DNA of 64,000 nt from Eledone cirrhosa. Lineage: Eukaryota. The notes below the pieces were generated by a model. The model was not told where the DNA came from. It worked only from the letters and a program-made list of their open reading frames with translations, and searched no databases. Made by a program: the position numbers and the translations under genes. The stretch is taken from assembly GCA_964016885.1 (NCBI GenBank), contig OZ024754.1, positions 44,640,001 to 44,704,000 of the forward strand. The letters are read 5' to 3'. Each line of letters opens with the position of its first letter. Positions within the stretch are counted from its first letter, which is position 1. Of this stretch, positions 38,624 through 54,083 are shown piece by piece.

Positions 38624-40092
38624 TACGTATATATATATATGTGTGTGTGTATGTAAAAGGTAAACAGAAATAACAACACAATCGGTACAGTATATGGAAG
38701 GTATATATTAGGTTAATGCTTGATATAACAGGAAGAGGGTCTTAACGTTTTGGACGCTAGTCCTTCATTAGAAGAAAGAATGAGAAATAAAATAGATTGA
38801 GGGAACGGGCGGGATGGAATTGGAAAAAATGTCTTTAGATAAAAATAACAGGTCCATTCATGTTGACATCTCTTACAAAATTGTTGGTGCTGGCATTTTG
38901 TGATTCACACACATAACAGGAGGTTGATTATTAAATTAATGAATTTAATCTTTAACACGCTGTCACCAACTACAGAGTAATCTCTCCTTAATACAAAATG
39001 CAGTGTCAAGGGAAGCCATTCATAAAATAATTTGGCGTGCTAAAGGTCAAAGTGAAAATTTCATGTTGTGTGTGTGTGTATATATATATATGTATATATC
39101 TATCTATCTATATATATATCTACTCATGATATTAGATATCATTCACACTTTTTTATGGACAACAACATCAACATCAACACCTCCTCTCTTCTTCTTTCCT
39201 TCCTTGGTGTTTCTAACCTTTCATCTTCTTTCTTGACCCTCTTCCAATTATGTTCATCCTTCCAAAACTATTCCCACCCTTTATTTCATGGGACCCACCT
39301 CATGCCATCCCATTTCAAATTCATCTCTAATCCACCTCTGATTTCCACTCCACTCCACTTCACTCTATCAGCCCCACTTTCTCTCTCACTCCACTTTAAC
39401 CCTTTACCATTTACATTACTCTATATATACTATTATATTTTCACGGTAAAGGCTTTATCTTACATAATATCGAATCTATGAAATTTTGAAATTATTTATT
39501 TTGAGAATACCTTAACATCAGTATGAGTGGCCGCTCACGGCCAGTTTGAACAGAAAGAGGTGAGAGAATTCTGGCTGGATATGGCCAGTTTGAATGCTAA
39601 AGGGTTAAGCCCATCCCACTTCAACTCCAACCAAACTTGGCTGAGTTCCAATCTACTCCACCCAACTTCAAGTCCTGTTCTACTCCAACTCAACTCGAGT
39701 TGTACTCTTATTTCAAGCCCAGTCTTATTCCACCTCAGTTCAACTCTATCAAACTGAACTACACTCCATCTTTTGCCAAGCTCCACTCACACATGAGCTT
39801 TACTCCACTCCATTCTACATCAAATCCAGCGCTACTCCATTTTATTTCATATTTTTACCAACCTTGAGTTTTATTTTCACTCAAAGCCAAGCCCTCTTCC
39901 ACCTCACTTCAGCCTCGAGTATCACTTAGTCCTATTCCACCTCACTTCAACTTGAGTCTCACTCAATCCTGTTTTGCTTCTAACTCCATTCCTCACCTCT
40001 TCACCTCATTAACTCTGTACCTTGACACCTTACATCTAAATCTAATCTATTCTGCCTTCGTTACATACAACTTCACTCCACCATGAGTCCAC

Positions 40093-40216
40093 TCTAAAAC
40101 CTTTCTCAAAGTCCCACTCCAAACCTTTCTCAAAGTCCCACTCCAAACCTTTCTCAAAGTCCCACTCCAAACCTTTCTCAAAGTCCCACTCTAAACCTTT
40201 CTCAAAGTCCCACTCC
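40093..40216. repeat. 24-bp minisatellite
   Basis: CCACTCCAAACCTTTCTCAAAGTC about 5 times. Confidence 0.9.
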
Positions 40217-40300
40217 ATTCTAGTTGTTGTTAAATAAAAATGTCCATAGAATTTTTCTAAATGAAACAAATTCCGTCTGACTATAATTCTGTTTATCATC

Positions 40301-40331
<31 letters not shown>

Positions 40332-41117
40332 CCATCACCATCATCATCATCATCACCATCATCACCATCATCATCCTAAATATCACTCCTGTTATTATTA
40401 TTATTATTATTAGCAGTATTGGTAAGGCATCAGACATGGTTTACAGTATGTGGTTATGGCCCTTTAAGTTCTGAGTTCTGAGTTCAAATCCTGCCGAGGT
40501 TAGCTTTGCCTTTCATCCTTAACGGGGTTGATAAAATAAAGTACCAGTAATGTACTGGAGTCGATTTAATCAACTTTCCTCTCCCTCAAAATTTCTGGCC
40601 TTGTGCCATAAGCAGAATCACTTATTATTTTATCACGGGGGTGAAACTGGTAGAATTTTTAGAGCTTTTGACTGAATATCTTGAGGTTGGTGTGCTTTAT
40701 GTTGACTTCAAAACCTGCCAGGGTTAACTTTGCCCTTCATCCTTCTGAGGTCAATAAGGTAGAATACTGGAGTTAATATAATTGACTTTCACCTTAACCC
40801 CTAAAATTGTGGACCTTCTGTCTGAATTGGAAACCATTAAAAAGGGCTGAGAACTGGCAAAATTGGTAGAGCGTCGGACAATATATAAATATATTCAGTT
40901 ATAGTTTTAAATCATTTCTGTTGATTGATATTTGAAGAGAAAGGACATCTAGATACTTTAGACCCAAACATCCATCTTAATGTCACACTCTCCTCTCCAC
41001 CACTTCATTCCTGCCATCAATTTCGTGTGTCTGTTTATGTATGATGTCTATATATATATTATATGTATATATGTATGTGTGTTGCAATGCTTTCTCAGTA
41101 ATAAAACCATTATCGTA

Positions 41118-41461
41118 TATATATTATATATATATATATATTATATATATATATTATATATATATATTATATATATATATTATATATATATATATATTAT
41201 ATATATATATATATTATATATATATATATTATATATATATATATTATATATATATATATTATATATATATATATTATATATATATATATATTATATATAT
41301 ATATATATATTATATATATATATATTATATATATATATATATTATATATATATATATATATTATATATATATATATATATTATATATATATATATTATAT
41401 ATATATATATATTATATATATATATATTATATATATATATATATTATATATATATATATAT

Positions 41462-41492
<31 letters not shown>

Positions 41493-42049
41493 ATATATAT
41501 AATATATATATAATATATATATATAATATATATATATAATATATATATATAATATATATATATAATATATATATATAATATATATATATAATATATATAT
41601 ATAATATATATATATAATATATATATATAATATATATATTATATATATATAATATATATATAATATATATATAATATATATATATATAATATATATATAT
41701 ATAATATATATATATATAATATATATATATAATATATATATATAATATATATATATAATATATATATATAATATATATATATAATATATATATATAATAT
41801 ATATAATATATATATATTATATATATATATTATATATATATATTATATATATATTATATATATATATTATATATATATATTATATATATATATTATATAT
41901 ATATATTATATATATATATTATATATATATATTATATATATATATTATATATATATATTATATATATATATTATATATATATATTATATATATATATTAT
42001 ATATATATATTATATATATATATTATATATATATATTATATATATATAT

Positions 42050-42143
<94 letters not shown>

Positions 42144-42717
42144 ATATTATATATATATATATTATATATATATATATTATATATATATTATATATATATA
42201 TATTATATATATATATTATATATATATATATTATATATATATATATTATATATATATTATATATATATATATTATATATATATTATATATATATATATTA
42301 TATATATATATATTATATATATATATATTATATATATTATATATATATATTATATATATATATTATATATATATATTATATATATATATTATATATATAT
42401 ATTATATATATATATTATATATATATATTATATATATATATTATATATATATATTATATATATATATTATATATATATATATTATATATATATATTATAT
42501 ATATATATATTATATATATTATATTATATATATATATTATATATATTATATATATATATATTATATATTATATATATTATATATATATATATTATATATT
42601 ATATATATTATATATATATATATTATATATTATATATATTATATATATATATATTATATATTATATATATTATATATATATATATTATATATATTATATA
42701 TATATATATATATATTA

Positions 42718-42749
<32 letters not shown>
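41118..42749. repeat. 1.6-kb pure A/T (TA)n-derived array
   Basis: direct reading. Confidence 0.97.
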
Positions 42750-45113
42750 GATTCAATAATAACTCCGTTCAAGCAGCAACAGAATCTTACTCCAAAGATG
42801 AGTGAGTTGCGTTATGTTGAGTGCTTTTCCTTCTATTGTATCATGGTTAACTACACGGATTGAACAGCTCTATCCAGTGGTGAACCACCAACCCCAATAT
42901 ATATACACACACACATGCATAGAGACATGTGTGCACAATATCTGCATATGGAGCTCTTCATTAAAATTTAATTTTTATACATATGCTCTTTATGTTCCAT
43001 GTTGTCTGCATATGAATATATTTGTATGTCAAGCAGTGTAATTTATCATACATACGGATACATATATATATATGGTAGTACAGGTGCAAGAGGCCACCTT
43101 GATAGTTAGATCTTTTTAACATCAAGCACTCAAACTGGCGCACCAAGTGTAATTACTGTTACACATCTGTATATCTTCTTCTTCACCCACTTATTCCTGA
43201 GAGGGTCAAACATTTCTTCCAGTGGCTCCTGTCAGAAGCAGCCATCTCCAGCTGATATGGCTGGATAGCCAAGCCAAGCCAAACCCAGCCCAGCCCATGG
43301 ATGTTATCCAACCATCTTGCTTGGTTCTCCTGTCAGTTGATTTTGTACGTAAAATCTGTCCAGTGATTCTTTACTGAGACATTCTAACCACATGCCATAG
43401 TATTGGCGCTGTGATCTCATATATATATAAGTAGTAAAGGATGCAATTGGATTGCACTCACAAGCAGTATGCTAGATGATCACTCAATGCTATTGGGGAG
43501 CAGAGTATCAATAATTATTAGGGAACAAAGAATCAGTATTGCATCATATATATATATCTAACACATATTACATATGTTTCACTGCCTATCGGTTCAAGGA
43601 ACGATTGATTATGAGCACTGGGACGATAGTGTATGGGCGAAAGCACATATCTGAGGACCTTTCGATTCCAGAGTCAAAAACAAACATAATCGATCATTCC
43701 TCGAGCTGATCGGCAATGAAACATATGTAATATATATATGATGGAACACTAACCTCTGTTCCCTATTATATATATATATAACTAAAACAATATATACTTA
43801 GAAGATATATACAACCTAGATTAAATGATGATGATATATATGATATACAACATACATTTATATATATATACATATAGAGAGAGATATATACAAGTGACAT
43901 TAAATGATGATGATGATGATACACGTGTGTTTATTGTTACAAATGTGTAGAAATTACTATTAAATTATCTCAGTATACATCCAAAATCGAAGTGTATAAT
44001 TAAATATACAATTACATGCTATACACTATGATTGAATGTGTATGTATAAATAAAATGGTAATACAAATCACAAAATTGTTCACTATATATATGGAGATAA
44101 ATGTATGTTGATTTGTATTACCATATATATATATATATATATATATATGGAGAATTCATGTGTGTTTAAGTATACATATACATAGATGAGTAAACATATA
44201 TATACATATTCACATAAGCCTACAATATATATAGTGCAACTCTTGTTAGCAGGGAAATCGGACATCAAATGATATATATATATGTTTATATGAATACGTA
44301 TATATATATATTTTTATCTATTTTCTGCTGTTATCATTTTCATTTTATTTGCTTAAGTTATACGGTACACATCCACACTAAATAAAAACCACAAGAAAAC
44401 TAAACTTCTTATTTATCTAATTTCATCATTCAGACGTGTCATCACTAATTCCCTCCCCTCACGCTCTTTTTCCCCTCTCCCCCTCCGTCAACTTCTCCCT
44501 TTTCTTCCCCCTTACTTAAATAACCTTCCGCTAACTGAAAAAAAATTTAAATTAAATAAAATAACAATTATTATGGATTAAGAGACACAAAACAAACAAA
44601 AAAAGAAAAACAAATAAAAGACTAATTCCTCTATTTTTGTTTTGTTGGTTATTTTTTTCTTGTTCTTCTTGGCCTCTAGTGTTGGTGCCATAAAATGTAC
44701 TGGAATACTCATCAGCCAAAACTGATAGAGGTCCATTACAATTCTTGACAGGTAAGTTAAATAATGGCCCAAGAACCATTCCACAGTTTGAAGCCAAAAG
44801 TCCGTGTTTAGCAACTTAACACTTACACTGCCTGTGTTTCAGATCTTATTCTTGAGTCGTTGGGTGGGGAAGGGTCTTCAAACACCCCTCCCAGAGGCAA
44901 CTGATTCAGCTGGATCCTCAAGCAAGACCAACATGTTTGAACTCCTTTCCAACAGTTCAAAGCTAGATGGGGTTACTAGTTTATTGATGTGACATTTGTC
45001 TTTTTAAAAAACCCAGCAGAGCAACTGTAGTGGTGTAAAATATACAAGGCAGTCAAACAGGTTAAAGCAATGATGATGATAGACAGATGAAAACCAGAAT
45101 AAAACAGCATTGA

Positions 45114-45119
45114 TTTATT
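45114..45119 (-). terminator. polyadenylation signal of FCF1
   Basis: AATAAA on minus strand about 60 nt after the stop; a second one at 44980-44985. Confidence 0.6.
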
Positions 45120-45178
45120 AACAGTTTGAAAACTTGTTCAAGCACACACATACATATATACACCCAACACACGATCCT

Positions 45179-45227
45179 TCAAACGCGAGGAGCACCATAT
45201 GCATCTGGCATTCTTTCTATTGAATAT
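45179..45227 (-). CDS. FCF1: FCF1 exon 8 with stop
   Basis: YSIERMPDAYGAPRV*; exon lengths sum to 597 nt = 198 aa + stop. Confidence 0.94.
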
Positions 45228-45769
45228 CTGAAAAATACAAAAATTCATAATTAATATTTACAAAGTGAGTGTATATTATTGAACAAAAAATGGTTAATTT
45301 TAGTTCCTATTCAGGTCCTGAAAGGGACCGAACTATAAGTCCCTACTTTATTAAATATTTCACCCTGTGTTACATTGTTATTGGATAAACTAATCTCTAT
45401 ATATATATACACTGTTCACTTTCCTGACATTTGTACATTATTCTATATACTATACATGCAACTTTGATGAGTTGTAGTGCACCCGAGCACTGTACACAAT
45501 AATTTCATTATATAACTAGAAACAAAGTAAAGTTTAAAAGATGCCAGTTAATTGCATTAAAACATATATTAACCCTTTAGCATTTACATTATATTTACTA
45601 TTGTATTTTCATGGTGAAGGCTTTATCTCACAAATATAAGCCCGATGCTCTAATCACAAAGCCATTCACTTTCATAATATACATACATGATGATACTTAG
45701 CATGGGTTAGGCAACTGTGTCTCACACATTAACAACATTGATAAGAATAAATAGAGAAACAATACTCAC

Positions 45770-45864
45770 CCTCCTTTACGTAAGTACATTATAGGAACTC
45801 CAGGGATTTTGCGAATACGTCGTTTTAGGTCCTTATCACATGTACCAACAATGTAGCATTTGTG
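45770..45864 (-). CDS. FCF1: FCF1 exon 7
   Basis: HKCYIVGTCDKDLKRRIRKIPGVPIMYLRKG(G). Confidence 0.96.
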
Positions 45865-46388
45865 CTGAGAACAGAGGAAAAAACCATCATCATCATGCAA
45901 GAATGTTATAATTTCGATACAACCAGTTTGAACTTTAATAATTCTTAATTCACCCTTTACGTTTTCAATTGGACTGTGACCACACCAAGATACACCACCC
46001 TCAGTGATATAGTTGATATCATCAGCCCATAGCCTCAATCTAGGATATAGTTAATTACACTGACCTTGGATTTTTACACAAAGATCTTTATCATGAGTTT
46101 AATGACAAATTTCATTTCCTTTCTTAAACTTACTCCTGAGTGGGTCGAGGGTCCTATCAGAAGCAACCATCACCCACCTTTGGGTCTCCTGCCAGCTGGC
46201 TTTGCCTATAAAATTTGTCCTGCGATTCTTTCCTTAGTACCAGAGCTGTGAACTCTCGATGCAGAGACATAACAGCTCTACCTGCAGAGAAACTCCCTGA
46301 TCTCTGAGCTACACACCTTATCCAGAACCCTTCAAAGAAACCCCAATTCAACCAGTGGGATATAGTTTCTTAATGCAACAATAATTAC

Positions 46389-46476
46389 CTGTGTTATATG
46401 TTGTACCAGACAATCATCAGCGTAGGTTCCTTTGTGGAGACAAGACAGTCGTTCAATACGACTATCCTTCAGGATC
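46389..46476 (-). CDS. FCF1: FCF1 exon 6
   Basis: [29 protein letters not shown]; HKGTYADDC motif. Confidence 0.96.
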
Positions 46477-46693
46477 CTGAAAAGGAAAATAAGCAAAAGT
46501 AGTGTGTCATCACCATTGTTTAATGTCCATCTTCCACACTTACATGGTTAGGACAGGCTGTCCCTTTATAAGAGATCAGGTTGAGGGACACTGGTTGTAT
46601 TATATCATAACACCAACACTACCACTGTACTGGGTGTATTATATCATAACACCAACACTACCACTTTACAGATGAACAAGATAAATGTCTTAC

Positions 46694-46766
46694 TTTAAAG
46701 CAACTCGGAATTTGTTCCCCATCTTTTCCAACTCTCCAAACACACAGTCTGTCACATACGGTATAC
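46694..46766 (-). CDS. FCF1: FCF1 exon 5
   Basis: IPYVTDCVFGELEKMGNKFRVAL(K). Confidence 0.95.
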
Positions 46767-46994
46767 CTGTAAAAATAGAAACAACCTGGGTTTATATATA
46801 TCATCATCGTTTAACGTCCATTTTCCACGCATATATATATATATATACTTAATTATGTAATAAACAACACAATATAATTATTCCATTACCCAAGGTTTCA
46901 GGAAGTTAGACGATTCTAACAGAGGTGTCTAAAGTCGTTCATCACACACACACACATATATAATCAGAAAAAGAAAAGAAAAGCAATAAATTAC

Positions 46995-47143
46995 ATTTGG
47001 CATAAAGGCAGTCCATAAGACCTTTGAATAGATCCACTTTGTTCTTAACTGAGAAATGTATGAAATTTGTGTCGAGCAGAACCCTATATGGTGGACCCAA
47101 CTGCATGTTGTAGGTGAAGAACAAGGCTGATGATGTCTGGGGG
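46995..47143 (-). CDS. FCF1: FCF1 exon 4 (PIN domain start)
   Basis: PQTSSALFFTYNMQLGPPYRVLLDTNFIHFSVKNKVDLFKGLMDCLYAK(C); LGPPY..L.DTNF signature of Fcf1/Utp24. Confidence 0.96.
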
Positions 47144-47809
47144 CTACAAAAGAAAAAAAAGGATTCATTGACTGCAAATGTACAGGTTTGACAAGAGGTT
47201 TACCCCAGGGATGAGAGGCTTATAAGGTTTCTTTATTTTAAAGTACTTTACTGTGATCTTCCCTACACTCAGTTCTGAGACTTATTTAAGATTAATATTT
47301 GTATGTATAAGCTTCTCTGAATTATATTCTAAAGGATATCATTGAGATGCAAAGGATATCATTGACATGTAAAGGATATCATTGACATGTAAAGGATATC
47401 ATTGAGATGTAAAGTATATTACTGACTAATTTTTAAATTATTATACTGGGTTGTCAAGTATGACATTTGTAAATATTTGTAGAAAAAAAACAAATTTCTA
47501 CAAATTTCATACTTGACGACCCAATATATATACATATATATATATGGAAAAAAGGATGAGTATTGATGTAGATGGGGACACAAACCCAACTCTTTGGTTT
47601 GCCGGACCAATGTGTTACCATTACACATTGGTATGGTAAACCAAAGATGTGGGTTCGTGTCCCATGTACATAAATACTCATCGTTTTTTCCATTCAGAGG
47701 GTTTTCTAAAATCCCAACTAATTCTATTTAGTCAAATATGGTGTCAGCACATCTTACTACCTATTTTCAAATTTGCTGTTTGTAAACAAAGCCTGCTTTG
47801 TATCTCCAT

Positions 47810-48225
47810 ACATATATATATATATATATAAACACACATATATATATATACACACACATTATATATATATATATATATACATATATATATACACACACAC
47901 ATATATATATACACACACACATATATATATACACACACACATATATATATACACACACACATATATATATACACACACACATATATATATATATATACAC
48001 ACACACATATATATATATATATACACACACACATATATATATATATATACACACACACATATATATATATATATACACACACACATATATATATATATAT
48101 ACACACACACATATATATATATATATACACACACACATATATATATATATTACACACACATATATATATATATACACACACACATATATATATATATATA
48201 CACACACACATATATATATATATAT

Positions 48226-48266
<41 letters not shown>

Positions 48267-48283
48267 TATATATATATATATAT

Positions 48284-48324
<41 letters not shown>

Positions 48325-48338
48325 TATATATATATATT

Positions 48339-48409
<71 letters not shown>

Positions 48410-48575
48410 TAATATATATATATATATACACACACACATATATATATATACACACACATATATATACACACACATATATATATATATATATACACACACA
48501 TATATATATATATATATACACACACATATATATATATATACACACACATATATATATATATACACACATATATAT

Positions 48576-48614
<39 letters not shown>

Positions 48615-48728
48615 TATATATATATATACACACACATTATATATATATACACACACATATATATATATATACACACACATATATATATATATACACACAC
48701 ATATATATATACACACACATATATATAT

Positions 48729-48803
<75 letters not shown>

Positions 48804-49926
48804 TATATATATATATATATATACACACACATATATATATATACACACACATATATATATACACACACATATATATATATACACACACATATATATATAT
48901 ATACACACACATATATATATATATACACACACATATATATATATATACACACACATATATATATATATACACACACATATATATATATATACACACACAT
49001 ATATATATATATACACACACATATATATATATACACACACACATATATATATACACACACACATATATAGTATATACACACACATATATATATACACACA
49101 CATATATATATACACACACATATATATATACACACACATATATATATATATACACACACATATGATATATACACACACATATATATATATATACACACAC
49201 ATATATATATATACACACACATATATATATATACACACACATATATATATACACACATATATATATATATATACACACACATATATATATATATATATAC
49301 ACACACATATATATATATATATACACACACATATATATATATATATACACACACACATATATATATATATATACACACACATATATATATATATATACAC
49401 ACACATATATATATATATATACACACACATATATATATATATATACACACACATATATATATATATACACACACATATATATATATATATACACACACAT
49501 ATATATATATATATACACACACATATATATATATATATACACACACATATATATATATATACACACACACATATATATATATATATATAAACACACACAT
49601 ATATATATATATATATACACACACACATATATATATATATATATACACACACACATATATATATATATATACACACACACATATATATATATACACACAC
49701 ACACATATATATATACACACACACATATATATATATACACACACACATATATATATTTACACACACACATATATATATATACACACACACATATATATAT
49801 ATACACACACACATATATATATATACACACACATATATATATACACACACATATATATACACACACATATATATACACACACATATATATATATATATAT
49901 ACACACACATATATATATATATATAT

Positions 49927-50025
<99 letters not shown>

Positions 50026-51421
50026 TATATATATATATATACACACACATATATATATATATATATACACACACATATATATATATATATACACACACAT
50101 ATATATATATATATATACACACACATATATATATATATATATACACACACATATATATATATATATATACACACACATATATATATATATATATACACAC
50201 ACATATATATATATATATATATACACACACATATATATATATATACACACACATATATATATATATACACACACATATATATATATATATACACACACAT
50301 ATATATATATATATATATACACACACATATATATATATATATATATACACACACATATATATATATATACACACACATATATATATATATATATACACAC
50401 ACATATATATATATATATATACACACACATATATATATATATATACACACATATATATATATATATACACACACATATATATATATATACACACATATAT
50501 ATATATATACACACACATATATATATATATATATATACACACACATATATATATATATATATACACACACATATATATATATATATATACACACACATAT
50601 ATATATATATATATACACACACATATATATATATATATACACACACATTATATATATATATATACACACATATATATATATATATACACACACATATATA
50701 TATATATACACACACATATATATATATATACACACACATATATATATATATACACACACATATATATATATATACACACACATATATATATATATATATA
50801 CACACACATATATATATATATACACATATATATATATACACACACATATATATATATATACACACACATATATATATATACACACACATATATATATATA
50901 CACACACATATATATATATACACACACATATATATATATATATACACACACACATATATATATATATACACACACACACATATATATATATATACACACA
51001 CACATATATATATACACACACACATATATATATATACACACATATATATATATATACACACACATATATATATATACACACACACATATATATATACCCA
51101 CACACACATATATATATACACACACACATATATATATATACACACACACATATATATATATACACACACACATATATATATATACACACACACATATATA
51201 TATATACACACACACATATATATATATACACACACACATATATATATATACACACACACATATATATATATATATACACACACATATATATATATATATA
51301 CACACACATATATATATATATACACACACATATATATATATATATACACACATATATATATATATATATACACACATATATATATATATATACACACATA
51401 TATATATATATATATATACAC

Positions 51422-51452
<31 letters not shown>

Positions 51453-51527
51453 TATATATATATATATACACACACATATATATATATATATATACACACA
51501 TATATATATATATATATATACACACAC

Positions 51528-51558
<31 letters not shown>

Positions 51559-51581
51559 TATATATATATATATATACACAC

Positions 51582-51662
<81 letters not shown>

Positions 51663-51783
51663 CACACACATATATATATATATATATATACACACACATA
51701 TATATATATATATATATACACACACATATATATATATATATATACACACACATATATATATATATATATACACACATATATAT
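47810..51783. repeat. 4-kb (TA)n(CA)n compound microsatellite in FCF1 intron 3
   Basis: direct reading; produces the spurious 600-1200 aa Y/I/C/V ORFs. Confidence 0.97.
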
Positions 51784-52098
51784 GGAGGCACATGGCTTAG
51801 TGGTTAGAGCATTGGCCTTGCAATCGAAAGGTTGTGAGTTCAATTCTCAGACTGGGTGATGTGTTGTTTCCTTGAGCAAGACACTTTATTTCATGTTGCT
51901 CCAGCTGTAGAAATGAGATGATAGGGACTGGGGTCCCTATCATTCCACTGTAAAGTGGTCGTGGAGGTGCCACGGCAAAAAAGTACCCACCACTCACTGT
52001 AAATGAGGTTGGTGTTCGGAAGGGCATCCAGCTGTAGAAATCAAGCCAGAACCAGTCCCCCCCCCCCCCTTGCAAGCAGGGAAAAAGCGGACGTAAAA
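51784..52098 (+). mobile_element. second tRNA-derived SINE family, representative copy (related copies at approx. 7320-7560, 17474-17720, 20445-20650, 58990-59312)
   Basis: A box TGGCTTAGTGG, B box GAGTTCAATTC, body TCCTTGAGCAAGACACTT, 3' end shared with the RTE-like tails in this window. Confidence 0.75.
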
Positions 52099-52179
52099 TG
52101 AAATATATATATATACACATATATATATACACACATATATATATATACACACATATATATATATATATATATATTTATG

Positions 52180-52219
<40 letters not shown>

Positions 52220-52407
52220 TATATATATACACATATATATATACACACATATATATATATATATGCACACATATATATATACACATATATATATACACAC
52301 ATATATATATATATATGCACACATATATATATACACATATATATATACACACATATATATATACACATATATATATATATACACACATATATATACATAT
52401 ATATATG

Positions 52408-52475
<68 letters not shown>

Positions 52476-52487
52476 TATATATATATG

Positions 52488-52533
<46 letters not shown>

Positions 52534-52537
52534 TATA

Positions 52538-52570
<33 letters not shown>

Positions 52571-52693
52571 GCATATATATATGTATATATATACACACAT
52601 ATATGTATATATACACACATATATATATATATTGTGTGTGATAGAGAGAATGAGGAACAGAGATTGTAGTTAAATGGGGGAAATAAAACTTAC

Positions 52694-52759
52694 GCATCTC
52701 GAACAATTATTTCACTTTTGTCAATTTTCTTTATTTTTTTCTTTTGTTGATTATGTTTT
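52694..52759 (-). CDS. FCF1: FCF1 exon 3
   Basis: cag|[21 protein letters not shown](A)|gtaag; phases 2/2. Confidence 0.87.
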
Positions 52760-53225
52760 CTGTTGAAAAGAAAAGAAATAATATAAATATAAATATATAT
52801 CATCATCATCATCATTGTTTAACATCAATCTTCCACGTGTGTGTCCGTCAGGTTACAGGGAATACCACCAGCATATATATATAAAGTATCATACATTTAA
52901 GATGTATGTGGGACCATTGGTTTCAGAGTCCAGTTATGGCCACCACTGTCTAGTGGAAGAGGCTCTTCCAACCGAGCCCCTCATCATGCGGGTAGACAAA
53001 AATATGAAACAGCTCTGGGTGTTTCGACAGCTAATTCCAGATTAGAATTAGCTGTCGAAATGGCCAGAGCTCAGCCATCGGGCACTAACTCTTTCTAATA
53101 TATATATATATTAATAAAAGGAATTCCAACTTTGTCTAATTTACTCGTTTTATTTACAATCCTTTAAAAGTCTAATGGTATTAAAATGAAATAGTATGGT
53201 AGAATATTAAATGTGAAGTGTTAAT

Positions 53226-53264
53226 TGAACAAGTACTTTCATGCTTTCGCAATCTTCAGGTTCA
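53226..53264 (-). ncRNA. minimal type I hammerhead ribozyme motif in FCF1 intron 2 (sense)
   Basis: TGAAC-CTGAAGA-TTGCGAAAGCAT-GAAA-GTACT-T-GTTCA: 5-bp stem I, GAAA-capped stem II, palindromic AGTACT stem III, CUU cleavage triplet. Confidence 0.72.
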
Positions 53265-53459
53265 TATTCTGTGGTGACAGTCAAGTTTGCAATTTTCAAC
53301 TGTCAGTCCCTATCATTCCACTGCAAAAAAGCACCCAGCCCTCACTGTAAACGAGGTTGGTGTTAGGAAGGGCATCCAGCTGTAGAAATCAAGCCAGAAT
53401 CAGTTCCTGTCCCACCCTTGCAAGCAGGGAAAAGCAGACGTAAAATGATGATGATATAA

Positions 53460-53534
<75 letters not shown>

Positions 53535-54009
53535 TATCAACACAGCAAAACGCTAGAAAATAATTGTTTCTACTTTTGGCACAAGGCCAGCAATTACAGT
53601 GTATTACTGGTACTTTATTTCATCGACCCCGTAAGGATGAAAGGCAAAGTTAACCTCGGCAAGATTTGAACTCAGACCGTAAAGGGACGTAACTATGCTC
53701 GAAAGATGGCGTCCGACCCTCTACCAATACTGCCATAGAAATAATTGTTTCTACTTTTTGGCACAAGGCCAGCAATTACCCAGTACATTACTGGTACTTT
53801 ATTTTATCGACCCCGTAAGGATGAAAGGCAAAGTTAACCTCAGCAGGATTTGAACTCAGAATGATAAGGGCCGTAACTCTATGCGTCAAAGCATGGCGTC
53901 CGACCCTCTACCGATACTGCCAATCCACCCACTGCCATAGAAATAATGAAAATATAACAGTGGCAGTAGAAAGAGGGGAGTTAGAAGAAACAAACTAAAG
54001 AGTACTTAC

Positions 54010-54083
54010 ATCCGGGCATCTTTCAAACTTATCATGCGCTTCATTGCAGCAAATTTCTTGTTGCCTCCTCCTTTAGTTTTTGC
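54010..54083 (-). CDS. FCF1: FCF1 exon 2
   Basis: tag|AKTKGGGNKKFAAMKRMISLKDAR(I)|gtaagt. Confidence 0.92.

Noticed and set aside
44710-44904. Reading FLTDLILESLGGEGSSNTPPRGN*, superficially like the APC13 C-terminus; also a TCT-TGA antizyme/selenocysteine idea
   Set aside because: Upstream in-frame stop and no ATG; no antizyme or selenoprotein motifs recognisable
47744-51843. Very long ORFs of 600-1200 aa
   Set aside because: Translations of (TA)n(CA)n microsatellite that simply lacks stops; lies inside FCF1 intron 3
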